In this document: in pieces, positions 60,298-64,000 of the stretch | How the letters are laid out: each line of letters opens with the position of its first letter | Position numbering within the stretch: position 1 is the stretch's first letter | DNA from: Sphagnum compactum | Taxonomy: Eukaryota | Assembly (NCBI GenBank): GCA_965153455.1 | Contig: OZ234494.1 | Coordinates: 7,812,001 to 7,876,000 of the forward strand | Reading direction: 5' to 3' | DNA length: 64,000 nt | Translations under genes and position numbers: made by a program | The notes under the pieces: generated by a model | Seen by the model: the letters and a program-made list of their open reading frames with translations, nothing else | Databases searched by the model: none | Told to the model about the DNA's origin: nothing

Positions 60298-60612
60298 GAA
60301 GTCTTCATACCATTGGAAAGCTCTCAATGAGAAAGATTGTGTGTGAACCAATTCATAATGTTTTGAACTACTGCGAAAGTCTTCATACCATTGGAAAGCT
60401 CTCAATGAGAATGATTGTGTGTGAACCAATTCATAATGTTTTGAACTACTGTGAAAGTCTTCATACCATTGAAAAGCTCTCAATGAGAAAGACTGTGTGT
60501 GAACCAATTCATAATGTTTTGAGCTATTGTGAAAATCTTCATACCATTGAAAAGCTGTCAACGAGAAAGACTGTGTGTGAACTAATTCATAATGTTTTGA
60601 ACTATTGTGAAA
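60298..60612. repeat. Minisatellite, 4 x 78 bp, high identity
   Basis: TCTTCATACCATTG.AAAGCT.TCAA.GAGAA.GA.TGTGTGTGAAC.AATTCATAATGTTTTGA.CTA.TG units at 60301, 60379, 60457, 60535. Confidence 0.95.
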
Positions 60613-61685
60613 GAGTTATCAAATGGGTTTTTGCAGCAGCACAGATTGAAATAGTACAAATGACTGTTATACAAGAGCATTCAAAGCAAGTACGAGGAAC
60701 TTGTTGTTCTTTTTATTGATTGCACAAGATTACTGGTTGAGTTGGTGAGTGCTGACATTACATATTTTTCCTTCATATTATCTACTTTCTCATATACTTT
60801 TTCGTGAGTGAAAGAATGGGTCAACAACTAACATAGCATATCTAGAATGTGAGAAACATTGGATAGGACAAAATTATGATACAAAAGTAACACTAGGATA
60901 CCACAATCGGTATAGCAGCTTTCATCACATTCTGCAAAAACTTGCTTGGGTTGACTTCAAAACATATTTGTTGTTGGCAATAATTGCTCGCTGCGGAACT
61001 GTCAGTCATCATTCAAGCAACATCAATCATCAACACTCACGAAAAAACCATTACAAAAAAACTTGACCATATCATATTTTATGTGTACTTGGGAAATTCA
61101 ACATGTAATTAACTGCACGAAAAGCATTCTACTGTCTGTGGAAGAAATCCAAAGAAAAAAGAAATAATTTTCTCCTCATTTTTTCGCAATATTTTTTTCT
61201 CATTGTGAGGGAGAGAACTTATGCAAACAACAATAACCAGCACCATTTTGAAAGACTGCACCAGTACAATTAGTTTACTTATCATCTTCGCAATGGTTGT
61301 TGACTGTTCCGACATGTACAAGATTTCTTCGTGAATGAAGTTTTTCCTAAAGAATATATGACAAAAGGGTGTTCATGCTTCAAGAGATGTGACTTTCCTA
61401 CCATTGTCTTCAGGGAGCCAGTTGTTATTTGCCAACATAGCAAATACAACAAGCACAAGAATGTGAAGAATCAAGACTCTAAATGGTAAAAAATGTGAAC
61501 AAACAACTGGTTTTGTAAAAGAACACCCACCACACCACCATACAGAGCATATTGCAGGAGGCAGGACTGTCAGTAACTAGGGGGGGTGCAGGGAGGGGCT
61601 TCTTGCAACATCCCTAGAAAGTGTGGATTTATGGTGGACATCTCTAAAAATTACCATGAAGGAAGGGGGCAGGGAAAAAAACCAC

Positions 61686-63959
61686 TCAGAAATTTGGTGG
61701 AAATATTCTGTGAAGACCAAATGGAAGGCTGTAGAACTCAAGATTTCGGTTATCTGCACCAAAACTCCTGAACTTGCGTGTCCATGGTAGACCCCTGTCT
61801 TTCCTGCTTACGTGCCACAGAAGTGTATTGTCCAGAACTAATGCCACAATAAATGTGATAATGATGGGAGAACCAAAAAATATATTGAGTATGTTGTTGA
61901 ACTGCACCCACCACTCAGAACAAAAAGAAACCCACGTGAATTTCAAAATTGTGGAAAACAAAAGGGCACAATTATTGTAAAGAAGCCAATCCAACACGAT
62001 CTGGAAAGCTGCAAATTTTACCCAATGCGCATGTGTATGGACGGGGCCATGGTAAGCTCGTGAAGCAAACTCTGAGAAATATTGAGGAACTGACAACCCA
62101 AGGAATATTGAGATGCCGACCACAAAGAGGTTCCGTGTCATATTTAAGTTGGTAAATTGAAGCACCGAAAGTCCAGTTCCCACTGAATTCAACAAGAAAA
62201 TACACAATCCAAATGATGAGATTGAATGCATGGCTGTATGTGAGTATACTTGCAGAGTTCATCAAAAGTCATTTTCCTACAAACTGAAACTGTCATTATT
62301 TATCAGGAATTACACTTACCAACCATTCCAAAAGTAATACACAGAATAGCAGCTACAATGGGTTGTGGTATGGCAGCAACGATTCCTCCAAATTTTCCTG
62401 CATCCAGAAAATGACCCATTTGGTCAAAACAGTTCAATTCTCTACAGACAACTAAACAAACATATGTATTCACCAACAGCGTTTAGTACTCACCAAAAAT
62501 AGAGAAAAAAAGCATGAAAATGGCAGAGATCTGGATTACTCTCCGACTTCCAACACGAGTGAGTCCAACTAGCCCTATATTTTCACTGCAAAAGACAACA
62601 ACAAAATGAGACTGAAGGTCGACAACAAACACTTCATTAGTCCTCAGAGATTATCAAATTCAAGTCCTTCATATTCCCCTGTCGTAGTAAGTAATCATGT
62701 TTTTACACTTACGGAGCAACAGTTGCACCAGTGAAGGTGCCAAAGAATCCATTCAACAGAAGACCAACTCCCTGCCATCCAATTCCTCGACTGATGACAG
62801 AAGGTGGTGGGGGAGTTGCTCCTGCCAATCGAGACAGAGCATAAAAGCCACCAGTTGACTGTAAAAGGGCACCACACCACATACAGATATTCAGAAAAAG
62901 AACAGAAATCACAAGATGTATGTCATTGCAAAAAGCACCCATTTGAGGGAAAAATTGATTACCTCGACAAGAGCAGAAAAACCTGCTGACATAACTCCAA
63001 ATGCATTCCCAGCATCAAAAGTTGGAGCACCCCATTGAAGAGGATAGGAAATCCTAACCCTGAGTTCGAATCAAAACACAAAGACTGAAATTCAGATCTG
63101 AGGGTGCTTCAAAAGAAAGACTCTCTTGAAGTCCATCAAGCGAAAGACATATTCATTCAGCACAATTACAATATACACTTCTTTCAAGAGAAAGGTAAAG
63201 AGCTCTTCTTACTTCAAGCAAGGTGTTCAATCAAGTAGATGATAAAATGATGGGAGTGTAAATTACCAGGGAGCATGTGAAACAAGACCACTTCGGTCAG
63301 TGCGGCAATGAAGTTGTCCAAGTGCAGATGCATGGTCGTAAGCTCCAGCTACGGTTAAAATAGTCGCATAGACCCATACAATCACAACTCCAAAGATAAT
63401 AGGGAAGAGCTCAAAGAAGCGAATATGGTGTATGAAGGGTACATGGGGTATTTGGATTTCCTTCAAGTGCTGTGCCCATCATCACAACACAATTAAAAAT
63501 ATCCATCATTGAGCAGGAGGAGAGGATGGAAGAATACCAAAAGATAAAGAGAGCACAAGACAAGCAACCACTACTGTACATAGAGTTATCAAAACTGATA
63601 CTCAAAATACAATTCAACAACAGGCCGTTTGCTTTCTTGCTCAAGATTCTATTACCTGGGAAAAGATCAATATAAATAGAAGAGCTGGAATGCCAATTTC
63701 AACACACTTTCCAACCTGATGGAAACAGGCAAAACAGGGGAAGTTTCTGTTATATATAGTCAGTCATCAGTCAAATCAATCAGGTTGTATGGAGTAGACA
63801 AAAAAAGAATCTGAAGAATGCAAACCAAAGACAGGGTATCAGGAAGATGAAGATTGAAAGGAGGAGAAGAGAAAAAACAGTACCCCAGGAAATCCATATT
63901 CCAAGAGACCCAAGCCCACCATTGCTGTGACAGGAGCTATAACAATGGGGTTGATGAAC
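61686..63959 (-). CDS. Nucleobase-ascorbate transporter (NAT/NCS2), 3' part; gene starts beyond the window end
   Basis: Minus exons 63959-63884, 63715-63656, 63469-63267, 63059-62963, 62858-62713, 62585-62494, 62397-62320, 62182-62022, 61901-61686. NAT signature ENIGLVGLTRVGSRRVIQ; also VGKCVEIGIP, CRTDRSGL, PLQWGAPTF, ATPPPPSVISRGIGWQG, RNLFVVGISIFLGLSVPQYF. Confidence 0.95.
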
Positions 63960-64000
63960 CTGCAGGTAATTTTCATCAAGAAGAAGCACTGCAACTGTGT

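Noticed and set aside
60274..60719. Repetitive 26-aa ORFs on both strands
   Set aside because: A consequence of the 78-bp (3n) repeat period; no supporting gene structure.
61902..62021. 120-nt in-frame stop-free last intron of the NAT gene
   Set aside because: Short enough to be open by chance; canonical GT-AG and splicing restores HAHW-FNNILN.

Overview
This is eukaryotic, intron-rich land-plant nuclear DNA. It looks bryophyte-like and Sphagnum/peat moss is my inference from repeat style and the chromovirus type, not proven. I reconstructed six protein genes by hand from splice sites and frame continuity: a BAHD acyltransferase (5' end only, minus), Rubisco activase (short beta-type form), a class-D GATA/DEUBAD transcription factor, an ankyrin-BTB protein, a 28-exon organellar DNA gyrase A, and the 3' part of a nucleobase-ascorbate transporter (minus). 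Between them lie an NLR-type LRR pseudogene, a 5'-truncated chromodomain Ty3/gypsy element, a decayed gypsy gag-protease, a PIF/Harbinger transposase relic, two Helitron-like elements, CACTA-type ends/MITE and many minisatellites. I found no convincing new multi-gene system. The best oddities are small-scale: a gyrA intron that looks like a tandem duplication of a whole intron, an RCA stop codon placed just before the ancestral alpha/beta intron, an LTR made of tandem copies of its own terminus, telomeric repeats inserted in an LRR, two GC-AG introns, and uORF/alternative-start arrangements.
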